From a virus (taxonomy: Duplodnaviria > Caudoviricetes): DNA of 40,800 nucleotides. Below, piece after piece: positions 16,854 to 27,300 of this stretch. A program made the translations under genes and the position numbers. Each line of letters opens with the position of its first letter. Positions within the stretch are counted from its first letter, which is position 1. Location of the stretch: IMG/VR virus record IMGVR_UViG_3300011339_000301, positions 1 to 40,800 of that record. One strand, written 5' to 3'. The notes beneath the pieces were generated by a model. The model saw only the letters and a list, made by a program, of their open reading frames with translations, did no database searches and was not told the origin of the DNA.

Positions 16854-17024
16854 ATGGCTGTTTCTAATGCAAGCGGCATCTGCACAACTGATGCAGAACG
16901 TATTTCTGTAGCTAAAACCCGTAGTGGTTATGGCTCTGCTGTCCCCGATTCTGCGGTTAAGTCGGTGACCAAGAATCTCCGCATCGCTTATCCTGCCGTT
17001 GAGTGCAACGTCACTAACGTCTAA
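16854..17024 (+). CDS. Hypothetical protein, 56 aa (MAVSNASGIC...ECNVTNV); not in ORF track
   Basis: GAGGT RBS; hand-translated; ends just before the terminator. Confidence 0.75.
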   Translation: MAVSNASGICTTDAERISVAKTRSGYGSAVPDSAVKSVTKNLRIAYPAVECNVTNV

Positions 17025-17035
17025 TTAGTATAAAT

Positions 17036-17062
17036 GGGGATCCTTCGGGGTCCCTTTTTTTT
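17036..17062 (+). terminator. Intrinsic terminator (T-phi-like)
   Basis: GGGATCC-TTCG-GGGTCCC stem with cUUCGg tetraloop followed by T8, between capsid cluster and gp11. Confidence 0.93.
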
Positions 17063-17085
17063 AATTCTTTTATAACATCATTGTT

Positions 17086-17745
17086 ATGCCGATAACCAAT
17101 AACGCTCAGGCTGAGCTACAAGCTGTTAATGAAATTCTGGCGTCTATTGGTCAGGCGCCTGTTACCACCATCGAGGCACAGACCATCACGTATGAAGATG
17201 GTACTACTGTCGAAGCTGTAATCAACCCGGAAGTTGCAATTGCATATGAGACTTTGCAACAAGTCTCTCGGGAGGTACAGGCAGAAGGTTGGACGTTTAA
17301 CCGAGAGGTTGAATATCCCCTCACCCCAACATCTAGCGGTTATCTAGAGATGACTGGTAGTATGTTACAAATTGACCTAAGTGATACTATTGCTAATAAC
17401 AACTATGACACTGTTATTAGGAATGGTAGATTGTACGACAAGATTAACCACACTGATGTATGGGATACCACTGAGACCTATGAAGTAGATGTGGTCTGGT
17501 ATTACGACTTTGCTGATCTTCCTCAAGTATTTAGGGATTACATCACATCACGAGCTGCTACTCGCTGTGCTATTCGTCTTGTTGGTGATGTGAACCTTAC
17601 CCAAGCTCTGGCTTCATTTGAGACATGGCGTAGGGCTAACTGTATTGAGTATGAATGCAATGAAGGTGATTACACTATGTTTGGTTTCAAGCAAGGTGAT
17701 GGATTCTATAATAGCTACAAACCATTTAAGGCTCTTGCACGATGA
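17086..17745 (+). CDS. gp11: Tail tubular protein A (gp11-like)
   Basis: EL.AVN.IL.SIGQAPV, VQ.EGW.FN, F.DLP..F..YI..RA motifs. Confidence 0.93.
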   Translation: MPITNNAQAELQAVNEILASIGQAPVTTIEAQTITYEDGTTVEAVINPEVAIAYETLQQVSREVQAEGWTFNREVEYPLTPTSSGYLEMTGSMLQIDLSDTIANNNYDTVIRNGRLYDKINHTDVWDTTETYEVDVVWYYDFADLPQVFRDYITSRAATRCAIRLVGDVNLTQALASFETWRRANCIEYECNEGDYTMFGFKQGDGFYNSYKPFKALAR

Positions 17746-20399
17746 CTTCAGTATCTCAACGTATACCTAACTTCATTGGTGGTGTTTCTCAACAGGCTGA
17801 TGAGAAGATGCTGTTGGGCCAAGTTAAAGAAGCAATCAACTGCTACCCTGATATTACACTTGGTATGCTTAAGCGTCCAGGTGGTAAGTTTCTAGGTAAG
17901 TTAGCTAGCCTCACTGCTAATACTGCTAACTCAGCTACATGGTTTAGTATGTTTAGGGATAACCAAGAGAAGTACATTGCTACTGTATCTTCTGCTGGTG
18001 TTCCTAAAGTATGGAATATGTTAACTGGGGCTGCCGCTACCATCACATATCCAGCTGGTAAGCAAGCATCTATTGAAAGCTATCTCACTGCTACTGATTA
18101 CCGTAGCATCAAGACACTTACTATTAACGACTTCACCTATATCGTTAACAGTGAGAAGACAGTACAAGCACTTGCTGCACCTACATTTAATCCACTACGT
18201 CAAGCTGTTATCTCTCTACTCATTGTAGAGCATGACACAGATTATATTGTTAGCATCAATAGGAAGAACTACACTTATACAAGCCCGTCTAATACTGGTG
18301 GTACCAACCTAACAGTAGAGGCGGTGATGAAAGGTATCAATGCTGCTATTGGTTATCCTACTGGACTTGGTCTCACTAAGACAATTGTAGATGGTGTTTT
18401 AGTACTTACAAGCACAGCTGATATGACTGTCTCAGTTGCTGGTGGTAATGCTAGTACAGATGGTCACTACCTTCGAGTCTTTAACAACTCTGTTAATAAT
18501 ATCACACGTCTACCAGAGCAGTGTGCTAGTGGTCTTGTTGTTAAGATCATCAACACTTCCGGTGCAGCTGATGACTATTACGTTAAGTTTGTTGGTACTA
18601 CTCTTGGAGCTGCAGGTACTTACAGTCAATCTGGAACCACTGTAACAGTAACTACTACAGCTGATCATGGTCTTGTAACCGGTCAACTAGCTAACGTATA
18701 CTTCTCCACAGGTACTGGAGTACAAGGCTCCTATGTTGTCACTGTTAGCAGTACTACTCAATTTACTTATACCTCAGGTACCAGTCAGACAACTAGTGGT
18801 AATGTCACTGTAACTGGTGCATTCAATGCTGGATATTGGGAGGAGACTATTGCCCCTGATGTTAGTATTGGATTCAATGCAGCTACAATGCCTGTAGCGT
18901 TAATTCGCACTAGTCTAAGTCCTCTTACCTTTAGGGCTACTTTCCTTGATGGTTCCGAGACCATTAATAACCTACCACTCCTATGGGAACCACGATTGGT
19001 TGGTGATGATGAATCTAACTCTCACCCTACCTTTGTTGGTAATACCATTCAGGATGTCTTTCTATTTAACAATAGGCTCGGATTCCTAACTCAGGATAAT
19101 GTCTCCATGTCTCAAGCTGGAGATTACTATAACTTCTACCACAAGTCAGCTACTACCATCACTGCTGCTGATCCTATTGATCTCAGTTGTGCAAGCATTA
19201 AACCTGCTACTGTACGTTCAGTCATCCCAATTACTCAGGGTCTATTGCTATTTAGTGATAACCAACAGTTCCTAATGGAAGCTGAGAATGGTGCATGGAC
19301 ACCTGCTAACTGCTCAATCAGTACAATCGCTAACTACGAATGTGATCGCTACATCAAACCTATTGATCTAGGTTCTACTGTACTGTACGTTAGCCGCAAC
19401 CAAAGCTGGTCTAGAGCATTTGAGATCTTTGTCAGAGGACAACGAGAGACACCTACTGTTTCAGAGACAAGTAAGATCGTTCCTGAGTGGATCCCACAAG
19501 GTATCACAGAGGCATCTGGAAGCGCCCAGAATGGCCTGTGGGTGGCCTCTAGTAGGACTTCCCCCACTATGTACCTCTATAGGTTCTATGACCAAGGAGA
19601 TGAGCGTGTACTGGCCTCCTGGGTAAAGTGGCAATTACCATCCAATGTAATTCATACAGCCATTCAAAGTGATGTACTTTACGTACTCACTAGTGGTACT
19701 GAGGGTTACATTGTTAGTGAGCATAAACTAGTACTTGCACCTAGTACTGGTGGCCTTATCAATAACCTAGGTAATGCTGTCGATCCATATCTAGACACAT
19801 GGTCTGAAATAAGCACTGTACCTACATACACACAAGCCACTGATATCACTAAGGTATACCTACCTATATACTTCAATACCACCAAAACAATCAGGTATGT
19901 TGTAGGTTTGCTTGAAGGAGCTAGTCCTGGTGCTGAATCTGGTTATACTAATACAGCTACACTCCTAACTGATGGTGGTGGTACATACTTCAACATCCCT
20001 GGTGATGTTAGTGGTAACTACATCTATGTTGGTTATGAGTATAATATGGAGGTAACACTTCCTAGATACTACTATAACATGGGTCAACAGGGTGTTGACT
20101 ATACTGCTGTTACTACCACATCCCGTATGGCATTCTATACAGGTCTTGGTGGTGATATTTATTTTAGCATTAGAGATAGGAGTAGACCTGATTTTGTTAG
20201 CATTAGTGGAGCACAGCTTGGTGACTTCTACTTATCTAATACCTCACCATTCCGTGATACCTATGTCTATAAAGTTCCAATCTATCAAAGGCCAGACAAC
20301 TATACAATGAAAGTAACATCAAATACTCCGTTCCCTGTTAGTCTTGTGTCTATGCAGTGGGAGGGACAATATGCACCTGGCTTCTATCGGAGGACCTGA
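17742..20399 (+). CDS. gp12: Tail tubular protein B / nozzle (gp12-like)
   Basis: IPN..GGVSQQ, G..KRPG, W..R.VGD..SN..P.F, NRLGFL, terminal WEG.Y. Confidence 0.94.
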   Translation: MTSVSQRIPNFIGGVSQQADEKMLLGQVKEAINCYPDITLGMLKRPGGKFLGKLASLTANTANSATWFSMFRDNQEKYIATVSSAGVPKVWNMLTGAAATITYPAGKQASIESYLTATDYRSIKTLTINDFTYIVNSEKTVQALAAPTFNPLRQAVISLLIVEHDTDYIVSINRKNYTYTSPSNTGGTNLTVEAVMKGINAAIGYPTGLGLTKTIVDGVLVLTSTADMTVSVAGGNASTDGHYLRVFNNSVNNITRLPEQCASGLVVKIINTSGAADDYYVKFVGTTLGAAGTYSQSGTTVTVTTTADHGLVTGQLANVYFSTGTGVQGSYVVTVSSTTQFTYTSGTSQTTSGNVTVTGAFNAGYWEETIAPDVSIGFNAATMPVALIRTSLSPLTFRATFLDGSETINNLPLLWEPRLVGDDESNSHPTFVGNTIQDVFLFNNRLGFLTQDNVSMSQAGDYYNFYHKSATTITAADPIDLSCASIKPATVRSVIPITQGLLLFSDNQQFLMEAENGAWTPANCSISTIANYECDRYIKPIDLGSTVLYVSRNQSWSRAFEIFVRGQRETPTVSETSKIVPEWIPQGITEASGSAQNGLWVASSRTSPTMYLYRFYDQGDERVLASWVKWQLPSNVIHTAIQSDVLYVLTSGTEGYIVSEHKLVLAPSTGGLINNLGNAVDPYLDTWSEISTVPTYTQATDITKVYLPIYFNTTKTIRYVVGLLEGASPGAESGYTNTATLLTDGGGTYFNIPGDVSGNYIYVGYEYNMEVTLPRYYYNMGQQGVDYTAVTTTSRMAFYTGLGGDIYFSIRDRSRPDFVSISGAQLGDFYLSNTSPFRDTYVYKVPIYQRPDNYTMKVTSNTPFPVSLVSMQWEGQYAPGFYRRT

Positions 20400-20401
20400 G
20401 T

Positions 20402-21325
20402 ATGGATCCAATTAGCGCAATCCTCGGGATTGGTAGTGCCGTCATGGGCGGCCTTGGTGGGCAAGCTGAGGCTGATGCTCAAAATGCTGCTATTGAAGCC
20501 CAGTATAAATACAGCACTCAAGCTTGGCGCTATGGTAAGCGTAGCACCATGGCTGACTGGCGTCACAGTACTAAACAATGGCGCCTTAATGAAAAGAATG
20601 AAGAGACCCTTGGTGCATTCAAAGATGCTACCAACCTACAAGACTGGCTGTACAACTTAAAGATTCAAGACTTTGAGCACGCCTCTCAGATGAAGCAATA
20701 TGCTAAGTCTGAGCAGATCTACGGTCAGCAACTTACCTTCAACCAGATGGCACAAGCTGCCGCTAAAGAAGCTGAGTATCGTAAACTGGAAGACACCATG
20801 AAAGAGATGGCCTTCCAGAATCAAGATATCGTTATCAAAGCACTTCAGTCTGAAGGTGTCGCTGCTGTTAAAGGTCAGCAAGGTAGGAGTGCAGAGAAGA
20901 TGGAACAAGCTGAGTTTGCTGCTCTTGGTCGTAACCAAGCAATCCTTGCTGAGTCGCTGTTAAGTGCTAAGGCTGATACAGCATCTGCTCTACGTAAGAT
21001 TGCTAACGATAAGTTTGGTGCAGATCTTGCGGCAGAAGCTAGTCGTATGCTACGTCCTGATCGTCTTCCTCAACCGCCTAAGCCTCTTACTACCCCACGT
21101 GCTGAGTATCTCAAACCACGTAAGCCCAAGAAGTTTGACTTCGGTCCTAAACCAATTAAAGGTGCTATGGCATCGTCTACAGGTTCATGGATTGGAGCAG
21201 CTACACAAGGTTTGAGTAGCATTGCTGGTGCTATTGGTAGCTCTGGTAGCAGTAAGTCTGGTGTTGGTTCGCTTAATCTAAATAACATTTCAGCTAACAG
21301 CTGGGGTATACCAAGTTCTCGTTAA
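20402..21325 (+). CDS. Internal virion protein (gp14-like)
   Basis: Gly/Ala hydrophobic N-terminus, coiled core, G..GRS motif; synteny. Confidence 0.7.
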   Translation: MDPISAILGIGSAVMGGLGGQAEADAQNAAIEAQYKYSTQAWRYGKRSTMADWRHSTKQWRLNEKNEETLGAFKDATNLQDWLYNLKIQDFEHASQMKQYAKSEQIYGQQLTFNQMAQAAAKEAEYRKLEDTMKEMAFQNQDIVIKALQSEGVAAVKGQQGRSAEKMEQAEFAALGRNQAILAESLLSAKADTASALRKIANDKFGADLAAEASRMLRPDRLPQPPKPLTTPRAEYLKPRKPKKFDFGPKPIKGAMASSTGSWIGAATQGLSSIAGAIGSSGSSKSGVGSLNLNNISANSWGIPSSR

Positions 21326-21330
21326 GATAA

Positions 21331-24300
21331 ATGGATCAAGTAAGTTACAGAGGGTACGCCCGGAGTATAGGTTTCGATCCTATTAAAGCACCTACGGAAG
21401 GTCTTGCTCGTATGCAAGAACGCGACAACCGTATCATACGTGGTATGGAGGAAAACCGTAGGGAAATTAAGCAGGTACGAGACGAGTATGGTGCTGGTCT
21501 AGAGCGTAAGCTCAGCATTGAAGCACGAGATCGTGATCAGAACTATCAGTGGGAGAAGAAGCTTGCTGAGCAACGTCAGGAAGCTATTGGTAAGAATGCT
21601 CAAACACTGATCCAAAGTGAGCTACAGCGTGGTAAGAACGCAGAAGCTGTCTTTGAAAGTCTTTCTAAATTCAGTACAACACTTACCGAAGGTCTTACTG
21701 AATACCGTAAGGCTAAAGAAGAGTCCGATATGATGGCTGGCTACATGGAAGTAGCTACAGGCGGTCTATCACCTCAACGTCAGCAAGCAGTAGCTGGTGC
21801 TGAATCACTCCTTAAGCAGAGTGGTGAAGCCCAGGATCAAATCGCTGAAGGATTCCAGTCAAGAGGCTTGGATCCTGTTGTTGTTACCGGTCTCCTCACT
21901 GGCAATAAGGCACGTGACTACGGTCGCCTTAAAGCTCACATGGAGATCCTCACTGCTGAGTTTCCCAACTATGCTCAATCCAAGTTGGATGAGATGGGAG
22001 CTGTTACTGCAGCTGATCGCACTGCAGCAATGCAAAGTATCTTTGGTGACTTCCTGAAAGAGAATGGAGTGTTCGGACTGAGTGCTGACTTTATGGCACC
22101 ATCCCTTATGAAAATGAGGGGAACCTATAACTCCTATGTTGAAGCTGCTAGGAAGTCAGATGTAGTCAACAAATCATCAACGATGCGCGATGATGCCTTC
22201 AGTGGTATGTCTCGCATCAAGACGGGAGAAAGCCTTGCTGAGGCATTTAGAACTACTGCACGTAGCTATAGAGAGGATGGTGTTACCCCTGTTGGTAATG
22301 CAACTGCTAAATCTGAGATCTTTAAGGAACTAGCTGACACTACTCGTTACTCAGATGCTGATGTTGAGCGTATGCTCAAAGAAGCTCAGACAGACCAAGG
22401 TAGTTGGTTCGACCGATTCCCTCGTGATGTTGATGACCTGAGGAATGCACGACAAAAGGATCAAGAGGCTGAGTTCCAGCTTGTTGAAGCACAAGAACGT
22501 CGTGAGAATAAGAAGCAAGAGGATCAGCTTCTTGATTGGGTGAAGAATAACAATCCCAATGAAGAAACTCTCCAAGCTATTATCAAAGAGTCTAAGACAA
22601 AGGGGATTAACACTGATCGTCTACAAGCATACCTTGCCTTCACTACTGAACAACAGAATGCTGACTTCTGGACTAAACAGTTCCGTGAACAGTATGAGCA
22701 AGGTACACTTACTGCTGATGATGTAAATCAACCTGGTGTACCTATTGAGGTACGGGAGACATGGGGTAACCGTGCTCAACAGTTGGATCAGCAACGGTCT
22801 GACTCTGGTATCTCTCAGGAGACAATCAAGTCTGAATTAACGGATGCACTTAAGCAGAACTTAATTGGTGACAGCACTAATCGCAGTGCTCACTTTAGTT
22901 TACGTAGTGCTTCTGCTTATGCTTTGAATCTTTATAATCAAAAATTCAAAAAATATGCTAAAACAATGGAGCCTTCAAAGGCTGCAGAACAAGCTCGTTT
23001 AGATGTAGTAAGTCAAATTCAAAAGAAGGCTGGTGCGTTTACCGTCATTGCATCATCTTCGGCTAAACAGGGGCAAACGCAAGCCTTCTACGCAGCCTTT
23101 ACTCCAGGAAAACATGCAGGCGCTCCTACCGGTGTTGATATCATTCAATCGGAAAATGTGGTTAAACGCTATAAAGCTAATCCTAGTATCATCAATACAG
23201 AATTACTTGCAAGTAGAGCTTTACTGGTAGATATAGACAACCGTATTGCTAACGGTAAGCCTATTTCTATGCCACAGATTTACACGATACTGCATAGGTC
23301 TAATCCTGGGATGACACCTACCCAAATGCTAAATGCTCAACTACAAGCAGCTAATCTACCTGGTCGCATAAAGCCAGGCTTTAGAGATCAACTGAACCAA
23401 ATCAATGATCCAGTGCTGCGTCGTATCTTAGATCAACCTCTTACTCAAGATCGACTTAATACTACTATCATTGGTAGTGGCAATGCTCCTGCTACTGTAC
23501 GTACAGGTAACAGTGGTTTCGCTGATGTTGTCTCACTTGGTAATGCCTCTGGATTTAGATTCCCTCAGGTAATGGCTGCTATGTGGGCACTGGAAAGTGG
23601 ATGGGGTAAGTACACCAGTGGTAAGAATAATGTATTTAACATTAAAGCACGCCCTGGTCAAGGTACTCAAAAGAACGGTTCCTATTGGAGAGACTATGCT
23701 TCTCCCCTTGAATCTGCTAAGGACTTCATGAATCTTATGACTGATCCTAGATATGCACCTGGTCTCTCTAGGGCTAAGACACCACGTCAAGCTATTGAAG
23801 CAATTGCAGCTGGTGGTTATGCTGGTGGTGAGGCTGCTTATCCTAGTAAGATTATCCGTGTTATGCAGCAGATGGGTGTGAACGTAGATCAACCGTACAC
23901 GCCTGCTGCTACTCCTGCACGTAACCAAGCATTCATGCGTCCTACACTTGCTTATATCACTAGTGACCTTGGTTCCCCTGGTCAACCTCACCTTGACGTA
24001 AAACAACAGGATAATCCTAATACACCAAAGAGTGAGTTTAGGGTTAGGTTTAATGTTCATGATTTGGATAACTTTGTTGTTGTGAAGGATCCAGAGTTTG
24101 GCACTATTCCTGTTGGTGAGTTACGTAAGCGTCTTCCTGGACGTGGTGATGACTTCGATCAACATGTAGCTCGTGGATCTCATGGTATTGACTACCCAAC
24201 TGCCTACAACACTCAAGTATTTGTACGTAATGGAGCACGTGTTGTATCAAAACAACAAACCCGATGGGGATCAATGGTAATTATTCAACTGCCGGATGGA

Positions 24301-24336
24301 CGGCGTTTCAGTTTCTTACACGGTAAATCAGTATGA
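21331..24336 (+). CDS. Internal virion protein (gp15-like) with C-terminal GH73 glucosaminidase-like and M23-like domains
   Basis: 1001-aa helical protein; AAMWALESGWG..NNVFNIKA; HGIDY...G..V.I...DG..F..LH. Confidence 0.75.
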   Translation: MDQVSYRGYARSIGFDPIKAPTEGLARMQERDNRIIRGMEENRREIKQVRDEYGAGLERKLSIEARDRDQNYQWEKKLAEQRQEAIGKNAQTLIQSELQRGKNAEAVFESLSKFSTTLTEGLTEYRKAKEESDMMAGYMEVATGGLSPQRQQAVAGAESLLKQSGEAQDQIAEGFQSRGLDPVVVTGLLTGNKARDYGRLKAHMEILTAEFPNYAQSKLDEMGAVTAADRTAAMQSIFGDFLKENGVFGLSADFMAPSLMKMRGTYNSYVEAARKSDVVNKSSTMRDDAFSGMSRIKTGESLAEAFRTTARSYREDGVTPVGNATAKSEIFKELADTTRYSDADVERMLKEAQTDQGSWFDRFPRDVDDLRNARQKDQEAEFQLVEAQERRENKKQEDQLLDWVKNNNPNEETLQAIIKESKTKGINTDRLQAYLAFTTEQQNADFWTKQFREQYEQGTLTADDVNQPGVPIEVRETWGNRAQQLDQQRSDSGISQETIKSELTDALKQNLIGDSTNRSAHFSLRSASAYALNLYNQKFKKYAKTMEPSKAAEQARLDVVSQIQKKAGAFTVIASSSAKQGQTQAFYAAFTPGKHAGAPTGVDIIQSENVVKRYKANPSIINTELLASRALLVDIDNRIANGKPISMPQIYTILHRSNPGMTPTQMLNAQLQAANLPGRIKPGFRDQLNQINDPVLRRILDQPLTQDRLNTTIIGSGNAPATVRTGNSGFADVVSLGNASGFRFPQVMAAMWALESGWGKYTSGKNNVFNIKARPGQGTQKNGSYWRDYASPLESAKDFMNLMTDPRYAPGLSRAKTPRQAIEAIAAGGYAGGEAAYPSKIIRVMQQMGVNVDQPYTPAATPARNQAFMRPTLAYITSDLGSPGQPHLDVKQQDNPNTPKSEFRVRFNVHDLDNFVVVKDPEFGTIPVGELRKRLPGRGDDFDQHVARGSHGIDYPTAYNTQVFVRNGARVVSKQQTRWGSMVIIQLPDGRRFSFLHGKSV

Positions 24337-27300
24337 CACAATCCCCCTATGTTGACGAAGAGGAGCTGAATCGCATTATTGCTGAAGAGGAGGCTGAAGC
24401 TAAAGCCTTGGAAGAGGCAGCTCCAGCTTATAGTCCTAAGACTGCTCCACAGACAATGTACAAGGAGGCTACACCAGCTGAGAACAAGGCAGCTGGTAAT
24501 GTCCAACCTGTTAAGTCTCCCCAACAACAAGCCGTTCAACAGCTTACTGGTGGTGGTCAACAGCAACCACAAGAACCACTTAATCGTGGTAGTGGATTTA
24601 TTTACGGTAGTGGCGACCCTAATGCTACCCTTGGTGAGGACATTGGTACCTACGCCCAACGTACCCTTGAGGGTCTTGGCTCAGTTGGTATGGGTATCAT
24701 TGACTTTGGTATGGACGCCATTGGCCGTATTCCTGGTGCTGAATGGATTGATGACGCATGGGATGCTAAGACAAAGTACAAGAATCCTGCCTTCCAAAAG
24801 GTAAGGGAAGTATCTTCTATTCTTGTACCAGCTATTGGTGTTGGTGCTGCATCACGTGTAGGTACTGCTGGTATGGCTGGTAGTCCTGTTGCACGTGGTC
24901 TTTCTTCTCTTGGTATTAATGTTGCTGGTGATGTAGCTATCAACGCTATCAGTGACCAATCTGAAGGCGATACAGTATCGACGATTGTGAAAGAAGCTGC
25001 ACCGTGGCTGCCTGTCCCTGATGCCCTTGTGGTGAAGGACAGTGATCCCCCTGAAGTGCGTCGCCAAAAGAACATCTACGAATCAGCTGGTATTAGTATT
25101 GTTGGTGATATCATTGGTTACTCTGCTGCTGCAGGTCGTGGAGTAATGGATTGGTTCAAGCCTAATGACACAACAGCTAGGGAGTTCATGTCCTCCGAGG
25201 TACTGGTTAATGCTGATGCACCTACCGCTACTCGCTTGTCTGAGATTGATACTCAGCGAATGGAGCTACAGCAACAGCTGGATCAAGTAGCTGCTACACC
25301 TGCTCTTGACCAAGAAACACTCCGAGCACAACTTGATATCATTGGTGAACTGCAGAGTCAGATTAAAGCACTTGATGGCGAATCTAGTAAACTAACCAAA
25401 CAGTACACTGAAACTGGTGCATCAGATCTCACTGAGAGCCCCCTAGAATCGTTTGTAGAGCGTCAACAGATCAGTAGGGATACCCAAGTAGATGAAGTAG
25501 GCAAGGGGCGCCTTATGGACGATCCTGAAGGGGTTACTGGTGTTGACCCTATGGTCACTCCCAACATGTTCCCTGATGGTTCTACTGCTACTCTAAGCCT
25601 ACCTCCTGGTAGTGTTGCTCGTAACATGGCTGATACTACTGCTATTAAGCTCGGTACAGCTAGTGGTACTCCTGCTCCTATCCTTTCTGAACGTGCTTAC
25701 TATGATCTCAGTAAGGGTAACGCTGTCTCCCGTAATATCATCGAAGACTTAGCTGAAGGCACTCGTGCTACTGGTGACTTCGATGCTATGGTTCAGGGTT
25801 TTAGGTACACCAAAGCTCAAATGAGTGATGCAGCTTGGAAAATCTACAACGATATCATCGGCACTGATAAGGTATCTGATCTTAAGAACCTGTTCCTTGA
25901 TAACCGTGACGTGAAGAACTTGCTTGATGGTCGTACCATTAAGTACGTCAATGATGTCCAAGCAGAGGCCATTGGTTTCGCTATGCGTGAGTTGACTGAT
26001 AAGTACATCGGTCAAGTTGTTACTGAGACATCAGCTCGTGTCATGGATACCGTGGGACGTGAAGTAGCTGACATTGCTGAGGGTTATAAGGCATTCCCTG
26101 AGACTGCTGACCTTAGCCGTACTACTGAGATGCTTGGTGATCGCCTTGCCTTCCTCATGGAAGAGTATGCCCTAAACAAGTATATCGCAGGTTGGTCACT
26201 TAAGAACCAAGATCGTTGGCAGAAGTTCCTCAAAGAAGCACCTGATAAGGAGTCTGCTATTAGGCAGATTACTGAACAGTTTGATCTTAAGGTTCAAGAG
26301 AAGAACCTTCAAGCACAAGGTTATCGGGATATGATCCGTACTATTGCTACGGAACGTCCTGATGCTGCACAACCGCTGATCGATGCCTTTGCATTGTCTA
26401 GGGGCGATGTAGATACTCTTGATAAGCTGATGAAGTGGAGCGCTCAACAACTCAGTCCAGCTGGTCTACTAAAGAGTGGTGATGAAGGTCTTAATGCCTT
26501 TGCACAAGGTGTATGGGCAGTACGTTATAACAACATGCTGTCTGGTATCTCTGCTCTCAAGGCTATCACTGGTAACACTGTTGCGCTTACTCTCCGTGCT
26601 AATAACGCCTTCCTTGGTACAGGTATCGGAGCATTGATGGGTCGTAACACTGTTGATGATCTCCGTAAAGCTACCCATGTTTATGGTTCATTCTGGCAAG
26701 TCAATAAGCGTGCACTGAATGATTCATGGGATACGTTTAAGCGTACCTGGAATAACGGTAAGTGGGGTAATGACAATCAGATGGACTTCCGTGAACTAGC
26801 ACGTGAAGACCTTGTGACTGACTATCAGCCTAACCTTTGGGATACTCTTGCTGATATGGAACAGGTGTGGGAGAAGGATGGTAACTGGGGTCGTCTTGCA
26901 CAATACCGTTTTGCTCGGTTTATGTATGACCTTGGTAACTGGCGTTGGTTTAAATATGGTACCAATGCAATGATCAGTGCTGACTCCTTTGTACAGACCA
27001 CTATTGCCTCTCAGATGGCTCGTGCTCGTGCATGGGATGAGGTATCCAGTATTGGCTATAAGGGTGCTGAACTAGCTCAACAGTTAGCTAGGGCTGAGAA
27101 GATGGCCTACGATGAATCCTTCGATGCTGTAGGTAACCTAACCGATGCTGCTGCTAAGAATGCTGCTGGTGAGATTGCACTTAATCTAGATGACGAGACT
27201 GCTACGTGGTTGACTCGTGGTGTGAATAAGCTGCCTATCCTCAAGTCATTCTTCATGTTCCCCAAGACAGGTGTTAATGGTATTAAGATGGCTATGTCTT

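Noticed and set aside
22830-23250. Apparently AT-richer patch inside gp15 suggesting recombination
   Set aside because: Impression by eye only; needs a composition scan and homolog alignment.
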